From positions 1 to 34,800 of the forward strand of contig JWZX01002447.1 in NCBI GenBank assembly GCA_001275005.1: a DNA stretch of 34,800 nt. Reading direction: 5' to 3'. Of this stretch, positions 21,594-30,962 are shown piece after piece (position 1 is the stretch's first letter; each line of letters starts with the position of its first letter). Source of the stretch: Chrysochromulina tobinii (lineage: Eukaryota). The translations under genes and the position numbers were made by a program. The notes under the pieces were generated by a model. It was not told the origin of the DNA, did not search any database, and worked only from the letters and a program-made list of their open reading frames with translations.

Positions 21594-22785
21594 TCCTCGT
21601 CGTCCTCGTCGTCCTCGTCCTCCTCATCGTCGAGTGCGCTGCCAACCTCGTCGTCGAGACCGCTCCCCGCCGCACCCTGTCCGACGTACATATGCGTGGC
21701 CACCGCACCCAGCAGGGACTCATAGAGCTCATGCGCATGCGCGCCACGCGGGGGCGCGAACGAGTGATAGCTGCCAGGGCCGTAGGAAGCGGGGCGCGCG
21801 CGCCGTGCCGCTAGCTCCACCTCCGCCTCGGCCGCCGCCTTCATGGCGGCGATCCGGTGAGGCGGCAGGCGCATCCCCTTGCCCCACCAGTCCCACGAGC
21901 ATTTGTTCATGATGAAGAAAACAATGTCGTCTTGCAGCGAGTACATGAGAGACTCGGGCCGGCGAGACGCCATAATCATAGTCTTCACCGCGTCCTGGAA
22001 CCCGATTGGAAAGTTCAAGTGCTCCTCGGGACTCCACACTGCCGCACGCGCGCAGCGCGGCGCGGCGGGCAAGGGTCACGGACGGTGAGTCAGCAGACGG
22101 TCAGCAGGAGATCGGATGCGAGGGCCGCTCTGGCAGGGGCGGCGCGCGCGGGCGGCGGCGTACTCTTCCAACGCACACCATACTGGAGCTTGCCCACGAA
22201 CTCGCGGTTTGTGCGCCACGGGCGCCCCCAGAAGCCGCGCGAGCCAAAGGGGCGGTTGGAGAGGTGGGCGACGCCGGGCAGCACCTTGAGCACGTGGTCC
22301 TGGTACGTCACCTGTCCCTTTCCGTTGTCGTATACGAGACCCTCGTCGCCGGGCAGCCCCGAGTGCACGTACAGGCCGCACGACTGACCCGGCGCGAGCT
22401 TGATGGACTCGTGCAGCTTGAGCTCCGTGTATTGAGCGGGTTGGCCGCGGCGCAGGCGTGGTGTCGGCTCGTGCTGCCCCGCGTAGATCTTCTTCCACTC
22501 GCTCTCCTCCTCTTGCTTGTGCTCCCAAGTGTCGGACGTCACCCAAACCGTCATGGGACCCAGGTCGCCTCGTACATGGACCGACTGGATTTCGAGGTAC
22601 CTGCACGGAAGGTCGGTCTCGCACTCGACCTTGAACATGATCCCGCAGAACGTGTGATCCTCATGGTCGCGGGTGTCCACGGTGAACGACTCGTGGGCGA
22701 GCTCTTTCTCGACGGCGTCCAGCTGGAAAACGCCGTCCTTTTGCATGCTGCTCGTGCTCGCAAACTTCCGGGTCGCCGAGCTCAT
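21398..22785 (-). CDS. Hypothetical protein (about 420 aa) with acidic C-terminal tail; exons 22785-22164 and 22038-21398
   Basis: A 125-nt GT-AG intron (22163-22039, GTACGC...GGCAG) joins ORFs 22090-22785 and 21398-22072 in frame (GVRWK-M-WSPEEH). Globular N-terminal domain, a WSP..H..FP..F..AV motif and a poly-D/E tract. Confidence 0.8.
21486..21631. repeat. (TCC/TCG)n coding low-complexity tract encoding poly-Asp/Glu on the minus strand
   Basis: Read directly. Confidence 0.9.
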
Positions 22786-23035
22786 CGCCGAGCTGGCTGT
22801 AGGGGGTTCAACCTTCCCTGCGATGGCGGGCCGCCCTGAATCTCGTTTTGACGAGTTTCGTTCAGCCAGAAGTTGTGACCGAATCTCCCGACGCCGGAAT
22901 GCACCGGGCGCGCCGGCTGCGCCATTCGCGCAGCGGATTATTCAGCGCCCCGTTCTGAATCCTCCAGGACATTAACCTCCGCCATGGCAGCATGTAGGCA
23001 AGCGACACCGACAGGGTCAGGGAATACATATTGAC

Positions 23036-23078
23036 ACCCTGCGCGCTGGGAGAGACCAACCTCACTAGCATATTTGAG
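23036..23078 (+). repeat. Dispersed 43-bp motif, copy 2
   Basis: ACCCTGcGcGCTGGGAGAGACCaACCTCACTAGCatAtTTGAG; matches 4738-4780. Confidence 0.85.
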
Positions 23079-23273
23079 ATGAGATTATGGCGCTGAGGGC
23101 GCGGGGCGGACCGCGCTTGACCGCGACGAAATTGAATGTCCGCGGTGATGTCTTGCCTGGGAGAGATCGAGTGACGATCGAGTGAGGTTTTCTCCAAACG
23201 GGTACCGTACCCGTCCAAACGGCACCCGAGACGGCCGGCTCAGTGCGCGCTGACGGAGGCTCCAAACGCGACG

Positions 23274-25187
23274 ATGACGGAGGCTCTCAGTGCGCGCACG
23301 CGCGAGCTGCTCGATTCGGTGATGGCGGGCGAAACCATCTTCTCGGGAAGCTCTTCTTTTGCCTGCGCGACCGCGCGCAAGGCGCAGCCGCATCCCGACA
23401 GCGCCCGACGGCTTGTAATGGCCGCCAAGGCCGACGACGATTCGGAGCGCCTGCTCACGCCGCGGCTCATGAGCCTGCTCGAGCCTGCGGCGCCGCAGGC
23501 CGCGGAAGTGGGCGCGGTGCACGCGAGCCTCGAGTCGCTACAGTCGACGCTCGGCGCTGCGTACATGCTGCTCGCTGCCGAGTGCAAGGCGGAGACGCTG
23601 GAGGCGCAGGTGTCGCTGGCGCGTGCGCGGCTCGCGGAGCACGTCACGGCCGAGGACGGCCTGCGCGAGGCATACGAGTCGTGCGTGAGCGACTTCGCCT
23701 CGCTGCGCCAGGTGGTCGACAGCGCTCGCGCGCAGGCGGGAACCCTCGCCAGCGCGCTGGCGCAGGCGGGTACGCTCGCCTCGCTCCCTGCTGAGGCACG
23801 CACGGCGTGCCAGGCACTGCTCGGCGTGCTCGGATCGGAGTCACGGCTCGTGAGCGAGGGCGCGGGCGGCGGCGTCCGGTTGGCACGGGAGGCGCCCGAG
23901 GGCGAGGAGGACGAGGAGGGCGAGGACGACGAGGAAGAGGAGGACGAGGAGGACGAATTGGCCGAGGATGGCGAGGAGGCGCACACGCGCCGCACGGGCT
24001 CGAAATTGGCACACGCGCAGCGCTCGCGGCTTCGTGCCCAGCTGCGCGACGCGGAAGAGCACCAGCGTGCCTTTGCGGCGCATCTCCACTCTCGCGAGGC
24101 GCAGCTCGCGCTCGCCAGATCAGAGCTCGCGGCCTTTGATGGCGAGCGGGAGCGATACGCGGACATCGTGTCGGAGGCGGAGAAGAAGATTGCTCGGGCG
24201 GCGGGCGCACCGGGGGAGCGCACGGCGCGGGGCGTAGAGGAGCGCGCCGAGGCAGCGGGCCGGGCGGCGGCGGAGGCCGAGGCGCGGCTCGAGGCGAGGC
24301 TGGCCGAGGGCGTGCGATTGACGGCTGAGTGGATCGCCGCCGACCGTCGCGCACACGCGTCGACCAAGGAAGGACCGGGCAAGGAAGGGATCGCGGCCGC
24401 CGCGCTTGGCAAGTCTCCCGGCGGCAAGGAAGTGCTGCGAGAGGCCGGCAACACCACGCCGGCGGGGCACGGGGCACCCAAGTCGCCGGGTCGGGCGATG
24501 CACGCGGAGACGCCCGCTGCTGCGACGCGCCGGGAGCGCAAGGAGCGTCGCATGCGACGGCACGCAAGCGCCGACGAGCTGCGTCGCTCGCTGCGGCATG
24601 CTTGCACCGAGGTGGCGGCATTGCGCCTTCGGCGTGAGGAACTGAGTGCTATGCTTGCAACGCTGCGTGACATGCTTCGTTCGATGGAGCTTGAGCGTGC
24701 GGCGCGCATCCAGCTACACGAGACCCTCGCGCGCGACTTTACGCTTCAGAAGGCCGCCCTGCGCCGGTGCGTGCGCGAGCAGGATATTGTGTGCGAGGTG
24801 GCTCTCCATAAGCTCGAGCTGCTCGGCGGTGCTGAGCTCGCGGCAGCGCTCACGGCCCACCTGCACTCGCTGCGGGCGAGCGCTCACCAGGTCTTCGAAG
24901 GCGAGGGGAGCCTCCCTGACGAGGGCATTCCCAAGCGCCCCGCCGGCGCGCGCGTGCCTGAGGCGCTCGCCGCCGCCGTCTTGTCGGTCCAAAGGTTCCT
25001 CTTGGGCCACGTGCCGCGCCGCGCCGAACCGCCCACACCAGCGCGCGCGCCGCCGCCCATGTCGACGCCCTTTGGTGGGCCGCCTCTGGCGGACGTGGAG
25101 CGGCTGGGGGGGCTCGCCCAGTCGGTGCTCGAGCACATCCACACACGCCTCTCGGTCGCTGCGGCAAAGGCGGAGGCGCACCATTGA
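23274..25187 (+). CDS. Coiled-coil protein with acidic patch, unknown function
   Basis: 637-aa ATG ORF with heptad-like segments and GC3-rich codons. Confidence 0.8.
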   Translation: MTEALSARTRELLDSVMAGETIFSGSSSFACATARKAQPHPDSARRLVMAAKADDDSERLLTPRLMSLLEPAAPQAAEVGAVHASLESLQSTLGAAYMLLAAECKAETLEAQVSLARARLAEHVTAEDGLREAYESCVSDFASLRQVVDSARAQAGTLASALAQAGTLASLPAEARTACQALLGVLGSESRLVSEGAGGGVRLAREAPEGEEDEEGEDDEEEEDEEDELAEDGEEAHTRRTGSKLAHAQRSRLRAQLRDAEEHQRAFAAHLHSREAQLALARSELAAFDGERERYADIVSEAEKKIARAAGAPGERTARGVEERAEAAGRAAAEAEARLEARLAEGVRLTAEWIAADRRAHASTKEGPGKEGIAAAALGKSPGGKEVLREAGNTTPAGHGAPKSPGRAMHAETPAAATRRERKERRMRRHASADELRRSLRHACTEVAALRLRREELSAMLATLRDMLRSMELERAARIQLHETLARDFTLQKAALRRCVREQDIVCEVALHKLELLGGAELAAALTAHLHSLRASAHQVFEGEGSLPDEGIPKRPAGARVPEALAAAVLSVQRFLLGHVPRRAEPPTPARAPPPMSTPFGGPPLADVERLGGLAQSVLEHIHTRLSVAAAKAEAHH

Positions 25188-25302
25188 GAGGCGGTCTGAG
25201 TGCTGCCACGCGCCATGCACGACGCTGCACGGCCATCGTTCCGCGGGTTGCGACGAGTATCGAGTATGACGCGCTCAGGCCTCAGCGCTACTGCGCGATC
25301 GG

Positions 25303-25372
25303 ATGAGGACGCTACTCCCTACTGTATGAGGACGCGCATGAGGACGCTACTCCCTACTGTATGAGGACGCGC
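25303..25372. repeat. 35-bp perfect tandem duplication, intergenic
   Basis: ATGAGGACGCTACTCCCTACTGTATGAGGACGCGC x2. Confidence 0.95.
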
Positions 25373-25571
25373 GGCGGCGCATTCGTTTCACGTTTGGGTC
25401 TTCTTATTTGCGTGTTGCACACGCACTGCGAGAGGCCACACAGCTGTGAGCGTGACCAGTCAGACACACCGTAACACGTAACACCCGTCGCGTTCGGATA
25501 GAGCCTAGCGGAGGCGCTCGCCGCGCACGATCTGAGCCGCTCTAACGGTCTGCACGATGTGACGATGCCCA

Positions 25572-26054
25572 TCACGCAGGATGGATATGCCGAATGACAC
25601 GACGCCGGAAACGCCACTCGCCATCTTGCTGACGCTGCAGCACATCCGCGTGAGTACCGTACGCCGTGATTGCATCATTTTGAAACGCTGTCCAATAGCT
25701 GTGATTCACGACAGTGTCACCGTGGTCCTGCAGGATCACATTTGACTCCAAGTGCAGCGTCGGTGTCGTCCAGCGCTTATGCATGTGAACACACCATGCG
25801 TCGATGTCCTCTCTTGTCTGAAGGATGAGTCCTGCCTTGGGGATGTGCATCGATATTGTGACGCCCGCTTCTTGGCCTGGTTCCATGAAAAGCTGCCCAA
25901 GCGAGGTTTCCGTATCAACGCCGTCGAGAATGTGGAAAAAGCGATGAAGCAAGTTGTGCACGCCTTGAGCATGCGTGCTAAAGGACGCAGCGCACGTTGT
26001 ACGCGTGAGGCCTGGGCGGCGACGCAGCGAAGCGGAAGCAAGGGATGTGGACAT
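25572..26054 (-). CDS. SnoaL-like (NTF2-fold) protein, possible mitochondrial transit peptide
   Basis: V.NLLHRFFHILD...LF, TLHLESNVIL and G.H.DVL.R..DGEWRFRRRVI patterns; Arg/Ser-rich N-terminus without acidic residues. Confidence 0.75.
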   Translation of the reverse strand: MSTSLASASLRRRPGLTRTTCAASFSTHAQGVHNLLHRFFHILDGVDTETSLGQLFMEPGQEAGVTISMHIPKAGLILQTREDIDAWCVHMHKRWTTPTLHLESNVILQDHGDTVVNHSYWTAFQNDAITAYGTHADVLQRQQDGEWRFRRRVIRHIHPA

Positions 26055-26147
26055 AAGTTTCGAAGGGAAGTTTCAGTGTTAATACACACAACACGTAAGC
26101 AACACAGCCGTGAAGACAAAAACAAAACAAAAAGGCCAGGCCTCAAC

Positions 26148-29100
26148 TGAGACACATGCAGACGGAGAGCTGAGAAACAGCCATATAGAGAGAAAGTGCG
26201 GCGAGACCCAAATATGCACTCAGGAGGGAGCGCGCCCGCCAACGTGGGCGGTGAACCCCCAAATGGGCGAGCCAAGGGGCAACGAGTATGTACGTCGCCG
26301 CCCCCTGAAGAGACGCAGCGTCCGTCCGTCCTTGCGCATGTCAACGACCTGGCATACAGCCGGTTCGAGACAGGGACCCACTCACGCTCTCCCCTCCAAG
26401 GGGCAATCACCCGAGGAGCTCCGCATGTGCCCCCAAAGATAACAGAGAAGGCCGCCAGACAGCCAACCACAAAAACAAGAGAAAAGGGGACACTCAGAAC
26501 GCAGAGCCCCGATGTCTGCCGCCTTACGGCCGGCCAGACAGAAAAAATGAGCGCTCATGACGCAGAGCCTCGTTGTCTCGGTCTCAAACCACGCCTCTGC
26601 GGGTGGAAAAAAAAGGGAGCCGAGACGCGTTGTGCAGGTCGTGGGGCCCCAAAAACCTTCGGCGGCAGAGCGAGATCGATACGGGATCGCTTGCCTTGAC
26701 GGCCCAAGTGAGATCAGGGCGGGATCACTCGGAACGTGAGCACGTAGATCACCGGATGGATCCAAGCACCCTGAAAAAGGATCTGGCGTGCTCTTCATGT
26801 CCATGCCCAGTCGACGTCGCCCACTGCCGTGCCTTGGGTAAAAAAGGGAGGCCCTAGCTGCGGCAACAGAGGGCAAGATGGTCAGGTGTATAGCACGGGG
26901 CCCCTCCAGGAGGCAAGCCCCTCATGCATCCTTCGCAAAAAGTCGCCTGGTGCCTGCCCAACCCCCCGGGCCAGGTGTTCGCGTTCAAAGTGATCCGCAC
27001 CTGAGTCGGCAGGCTGGTAAGGGCGCGGACCGACCAGCCTGATCAACAGTAAAGGGGGTAATCAGGTAGTTCATCATAAATCGCTATCACTCACTTAGAC
27101 AGGGGGATGAGGCTTACAGGTGGGCCCCGTGGTCATCGTCGTCAAGGTCATCAGAATCGTCAAGGGACTCACAATCCCCCGGGTGATCGGGATCAGGCTC
27201 CCAGTCAGGTGTGAGTTCTCGAGGCTGGTGGCGCGGGGGGATGGGGGGCGGGCTATGGTTGCGGAGGAGGTCGCGTCTACAGAAGACGCAGACCGGGAAC
27301 TTCTGGCTAGGAGTGTGGGCGCGGGGGGCATCACGGGGGAGGGGAGCCAAGAGCCGAGATTGAGAATGAAGAGGAGCAAGGTCAGACAGGACGTGAGCGT
27401 CGTATATCGGGAAGAGCATTGAGGCGTGGCGCATGGAGGCGCATGAGTAGCAGCGATGAAGGTCAGTAAGGCGTGTGGAGTCGTCAGGGTGTAGGCGGGG
27501 CATGGTGAAACCAGGTGGAGTAAAGAAGGCACGGCCAAAGCAGTCAAAGTTCGCTCGGATGGCTCGGACGCAGAAGGCACATCGACGGCGGGAGGGAGGA
27601 ACGTGAGCAGCAAGCATCGCCGGAAAGAAGTGATCAGGGAGACGGAGGAGAGCGCAGGAACAGCAGAAAATGCCGTCATCTCGAATGCGCTGGCGCTGAA
27701 GGGCATCTTCGCGTAGGGCGAGCTGTGCGTTTATGTAATCGGTGCTGTGCCATTGAACGTAGTTCGCTTCGTCAATTCTCGAAGTAAGTCGGTCATTCTC
27801 AAGTTCCAAGCGCATGGTCTCAGATTCAAAGATATGTAAAGAGGTCAGGGTGTGTTCAAGAGTGGAGTGAAGGCGTTGAAGTTCGAGCTCAAGGCGCGTA
27901 TTCTCAGATTCAAGGAGGCTCGAGTGGCGCTCGGCGACAAGAACTCGAGAGATAAGCATATGTGGCTCGCGGGGGTCCGGATGGGGTTGCTCGGATAGTG
28001 GTGCGTGGACACTTGCGTCCATGTCCATAGGGGTCGTCTGGATCAAAATGTCGGGAGAGGTGGCTGGGTTGAAGGGAGTTGTCGACGGCTGTGGTGATGG
28101 CGGTGGCGGAATGGGTGGTGACAGGAGAGGCGGCATGGGTGGCGGACGGAGGGACGTCGGAGAGGGTGGCGGTGAGGGCGGTGGCGAAGATGGTGGCGAG
28201 GATGGTGCTGGTGGAGGGGAGGACGGTGGCGATGGTGGCGGCGTCGAGGGCGGTGTCGGCAAGGGCGGCGGACGTGGCGAGGGCGGCGGCGAGGGCGGTG
28301 GTGGTAGCGGCGGTGGTGCTGGCGGCGGAGGTGGAACGTGCGGGTGTGGAGGGGGCTGTTGGTCAAGAGCGTGCGAGCGTTGCCACCAGCGATGGATAGC
28401 AGCAGCAAGGCCTCGCCGGACGGCGAAGCCGAGGGCCATTCGGATCATTGGTGCGAGCTTGGGCGCAGCCCATGATGCTTGTTCGAGGAGGGCAGGGGGG
28501 ATGGAGTTGTCTGTGCGCCTGGCGAGTTGAGAGATGAAATCAATGCCTTCAGTATTGATGGCGCCACAAGTGCTGATAGCGAGAATGACAAGGCGCATGT
28601 TGGGACTAATGTCGCCGTACTGGTTGCGACGAGAGTGAGTAGCGATGGCCAGGTGGGCAGCGAGGCGTGAGCGGTCAGTATGGTGGGTAGCAATATGCGT
28701 GGGGCCTGGAGCATCGAGGGTCTTGATGTCGATGAGGACGTAGGAGTTTGGCTTGTCATAGTCGCGAAGGACGATATCGGGGGCATGCGAAATGGGGTTG
28801 TTCTGCATCCACTGGTCGATGGCACGTTGGCCTCCTTGGCCTCCACGCTCAGCGGTGACTCGGGAAGCGCCAAGGATAGCATCGAGGAAAGGCACGAGGG
28901 ATTGGACGGCAGGGTCGTGGGATGTGGAATGAAGTCTCAGGCCGTGCTGGCACTGTACAAAGTGACGATCTCCAGGTCCGACAAGGGGGTATCCGAGGGG
29001 TTGGGCGGTGGTGCAGCAAGCAGTGCAGCGAGTGATGGTGCCCACCCCTTGCGTAGGCGGTGAGAGGAGGAGATCAAGGGCGAGGGCAATCGGGAAATGT

Positions 29101-29407
29101 TGAGGGACTTGAAAGGCGAAGAGGGGGGTGCGAAGGGCGTCGTTAGAGGGGATGGGGATGCGCCGGAGCCACGTAGAGGGGCCTTTGGGGACGCTGCCGT
29201 CGAGAAGGCGGGCTCGACCCGTGGACGTGGTATTCGGAGCGTTAAAGAGGGTAAGGAAGGCGAGCGACGCCACCACTGCCGAAGCTGCTCGTTTCACACC
29301 AACACTTTAACAGCCACAGTCAGTTTCACCGCGGTCCCCCAGCGCACAACAGCAATAAAGGACTCTCGGAATGAGACACATGCAGGCGGAGAGCTGACGA
29401 GAAACAG
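26148..29407 (-). mobile_element. RLE-type (CRE/R2-like) non-LTR retroelement fragment lacking RT, bounded by imperfect 33-36-bp direct repeats
   Basis: Contains a zinc-knuckle + PD-(D/E)xK endonuclease ORF and has distinct strand composition. Repeats TGAGACACATGCAG(A/G)CGGAGAGCTGA(CGA)GAAACAG lie at 26148-26180 and 29372-29407. True ends are uncertain. Confidence 0.72.
27114..29297 (-). CDS. Truncated retroelement ORF: post-RT linker, CCHC knuckle, restriction-like endonuclease, poly-Pro, coiled coil, two CxxC...CxxC modules
   Basis: RARLL..S.....WL..IP linker; CTAC...H...C...SHD; APDIVL...LIDIKT...QY...LAISTCG. There is no 5' ATG and an in-frame TAA at 29309-29307. Confidence 0.75.
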   Translation of the reverse strand: MKRAASAVVASLAFLTLFNAPNTTSTGRARLLDGSVPKGPSTWLRRIPIPSNDALRTPLFAFQVPQHFPIALALDLLLSPPTQGVGTITRCTACCTTAQPLGYPLVGPGDRHFVQCQHGLRLHSTSHDPAVQSLVPFLDAILGASRVTAERGGQGGQRAIDQWMQNNPISHAPDIVLRDYDKPNSYVLIDIKTLDAPGPTHIATHHTDRSRLAAHLAIATHSRRNQYGDISPNMRLVILAISTCGAINTEGIDFISQLARRTDNSIPPALLEQASWAAPKLAPMIRMALGFAVRRGLAAAIHRWWQRSHALDQQPPPHPHVPPPPPAPPPLPPPPSPPPSPRPPPLPTPPSTPPPSPPSSPPPAPSSPPSSPPPSPPPSPTSLRPPPMPPLLSPPIPPPPSPQPSTTPFNPATSPDILIQTTPMDMDASVHAPLSEQPHPDPREPHMLISRVLVAERHSSLLESENTRLELELQRLHSTLEHTLTSLHIFESETMRLELENDRLTSRIDEANYVQWHSTDYINAQLALREDALQRQRIRDDGIFCCSCALLRLPDHFFPAMLAAHVPPSRRRCAFCVRAIRANFDCFGRAFFTPPGFTMPRLHPDDSTRLTDLHRCYSCASMRHASMLFPIYDAHVLSDLAPLHSQSRLLAPLPRDAPRAHTPSQKFPVCVFCRRDLLRNHSPPPIPPRHQPRELTPDWEPDPDHPGDCESLDDSDDLDDDDHGAHL

Positions 29408-29415
29408 GGTATTCA

Positions 29416-29460
29416 CAAGTCGTCAAGTCAAGTCACGTCAAGTCAAGTCAAGTCAAGTCA
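29416..29460. repeat. (CAAGT)n / (ACTTG)n pentanucleotide microsatellite
   Basis: About 8 imperfect units read directly, abutting the element's direct repeat. Confidence 0.9.
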
Positions 29461-29720
29461 GGACGTCCCAAGAAGGCACCTGCTCACAGTTGAAAAGGCC
29501 GTGCCTGGTGTTCACACAACCTACACAGCTTACTCTCGTCTTCGGGGGATTCGATTCTTTGGCGTGACATAAAACACTTAACAAAAGTTACTCGCACCCA
29601 CCCGAGATTCTTTCCGCAGATACCCTACCCAAAGTACAAAGAGCGAGTCGTGGTGCGGGTGGACTCGCCAGCGTGGCTCATGTGACATGCCCCTGGGGAA
29701 GTAAGCGTCGTCCAGTGGCG

Positions 29721-30764
29721 TCATGGCTCGTCCGCCGAGGAGGGGTCGTTTTCGATGCTATCGTACCCGAAAACGAGCGGCTGGCTGCCCTCGGACGTGC
29801 CAGCGGCCTGGGCCTCTTGCGCGGCGCTGCCGAGAACGATGAGCCCGCTAAGCGACACGGCCGCACCCCCTGCGTACACGAGTGTCCGTTGTGCCGACAT
29901 GCGATTGAATTCGGAGAAAAAGACTCCGCCAGCTGCGGTTGTGAGCAGAGTGAGGAGCGCCTGGTACACGGGGACTGCGTAGCTCACGGGCGAGGAGGCG
30001 AGCGTCGAGTTGAGCAGGTGCAGCTGCAGCGGCGCCGCGAGCGCCAAGCCCACGAATGCCACCGCCACCGTCGGATGCAAAAAGATGAGCAGGCCAGGCC
30101 CCTCGTCGGCCACGGCCTCGTGGCACGCGAGCGAGACGACCTTGAGGAAGAGCTGCGAGAGTGCGCCGCATACGGAGGCAGCGTACGCGGAGCAGACGGT
30201 CGACACGAACGAGCTCGGCTCCGGCCGGAAGCGCGCCGCTGACGGCGCATACAAGACCCACAAGTACCCGGCCACTGTGCTCACAGTCACACTCGCGAAG
30301 ACAACAAACGGCGGCGCGGTGAAGAGGGCGAGGAGCGCCGCAATGGTATCGGCGCCCTGGCCGGTGGCGTGCGGGCCGTACAGCGAGACGACCGTCAGCC
30401 CCGTGAGCACAATCGCGCAGCCGCGGCACTGCTCGTACGAGATGCGCTCACTGGCGTGCAGCAGGCCAGTGGCGGCGAGCAGGATGGAGAAGACCATCGT
30501 CATGCCCGCGAAGGGTGAGATGAGGGCGAGCGGCAGCAGCCCAAAGGAGATTAGGTTGAGCACCGTCGCGAAGATCGCCAGGTTGAAAAAACCAATCATC
30601 CACCTCCAGCGCAGGTGCAGAGGGAGTCCACTCTCGACGTCAGATGAGCGCTTCATCATGGCGAGTCCAATGGCCGACGAGGCACAACCCATGATGATGA
30701 GCGAGACGCCGAGGAGTAGCGACTGGTTCTCGGTACTACCTTGGAGCGAACTGCTGTGTTGCAT
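29721..30764 (-). CDS. NIPA-family (DMT superfamily) magnesium transporter
   Basis: SSAIGLAMMK, RWMIGF, SFGLLPLALISPFAG, ERIS..., QLHLLNSTL, VPVYQ and GGVFFSEF motifs; about 9 TM segments. Alternative start at 30878. Confidence 0.88.
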   Translation of the reverse strand: MQHSSSLQGSTENQSLLLGVSLIIMGCASSAIGLAMMKRSSDVESGLPLHLRWRWMIGFFNLAIFATVLNLISFGLLPLALISPFAGMTMVFSILLAATGLLHASERISYEQCRGCAIVLTGLTVVSLYGPHATGQGADTIAALLALFTAPPFVVFASVTVSTVAGYLWVLYAPSAARFRPEPSSFVSTVCSAYAASVCGALSQLFLKVVSLACHEAVADEGPGLLIFLHPTVAVAFVGLALAAPLQLHLLNSTLASSPVSYAVPVYQALLTLLTTAAGGVFFSEFNRMSAQRTLVYAGGAAVSLSGLIVLGSAAQEAQAAGTSEGSQPLVFGYDSIENDPSSADEP

Positions 30765-30962
30765 GTTGCTTCGTGCGAAAGCAGCGTGAACGAGGCGGTG
30801 ACAGAGAGGGCGACATAGACGAGTGCTCGGCACCACGCTCGAGCGGGGAAAGTGTTCGTTTGTTCGTTCGTCTTGCATATTTTAAATCAACGTCTTCACT
30901 CAGCCTTTACGTTTCCCCACAGAGGGGGATCGTTGTTCACACGGCGCCGCGTCTTGTTCCTT

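Noticed and set aside
25736..26876. ORFs in the element's 3' region
   Set aside because: Non-ATG or low-complexity translations on both strands with no motifs.
26148..29407. LTR retrotransposon or DNA transposon reading of the flanking repeats
   Set aside because: Repeats are too short for LTRs and are not inverted; no integrase, transposase or PBS; the ORF is RLE-type.
29388..29415. CTGACGA-GAAAC hammerhead-like core beside the retroelement
   Set aside because: No stem II, only 1-3-bp stems I and III, and it is antisense to the element ORF.
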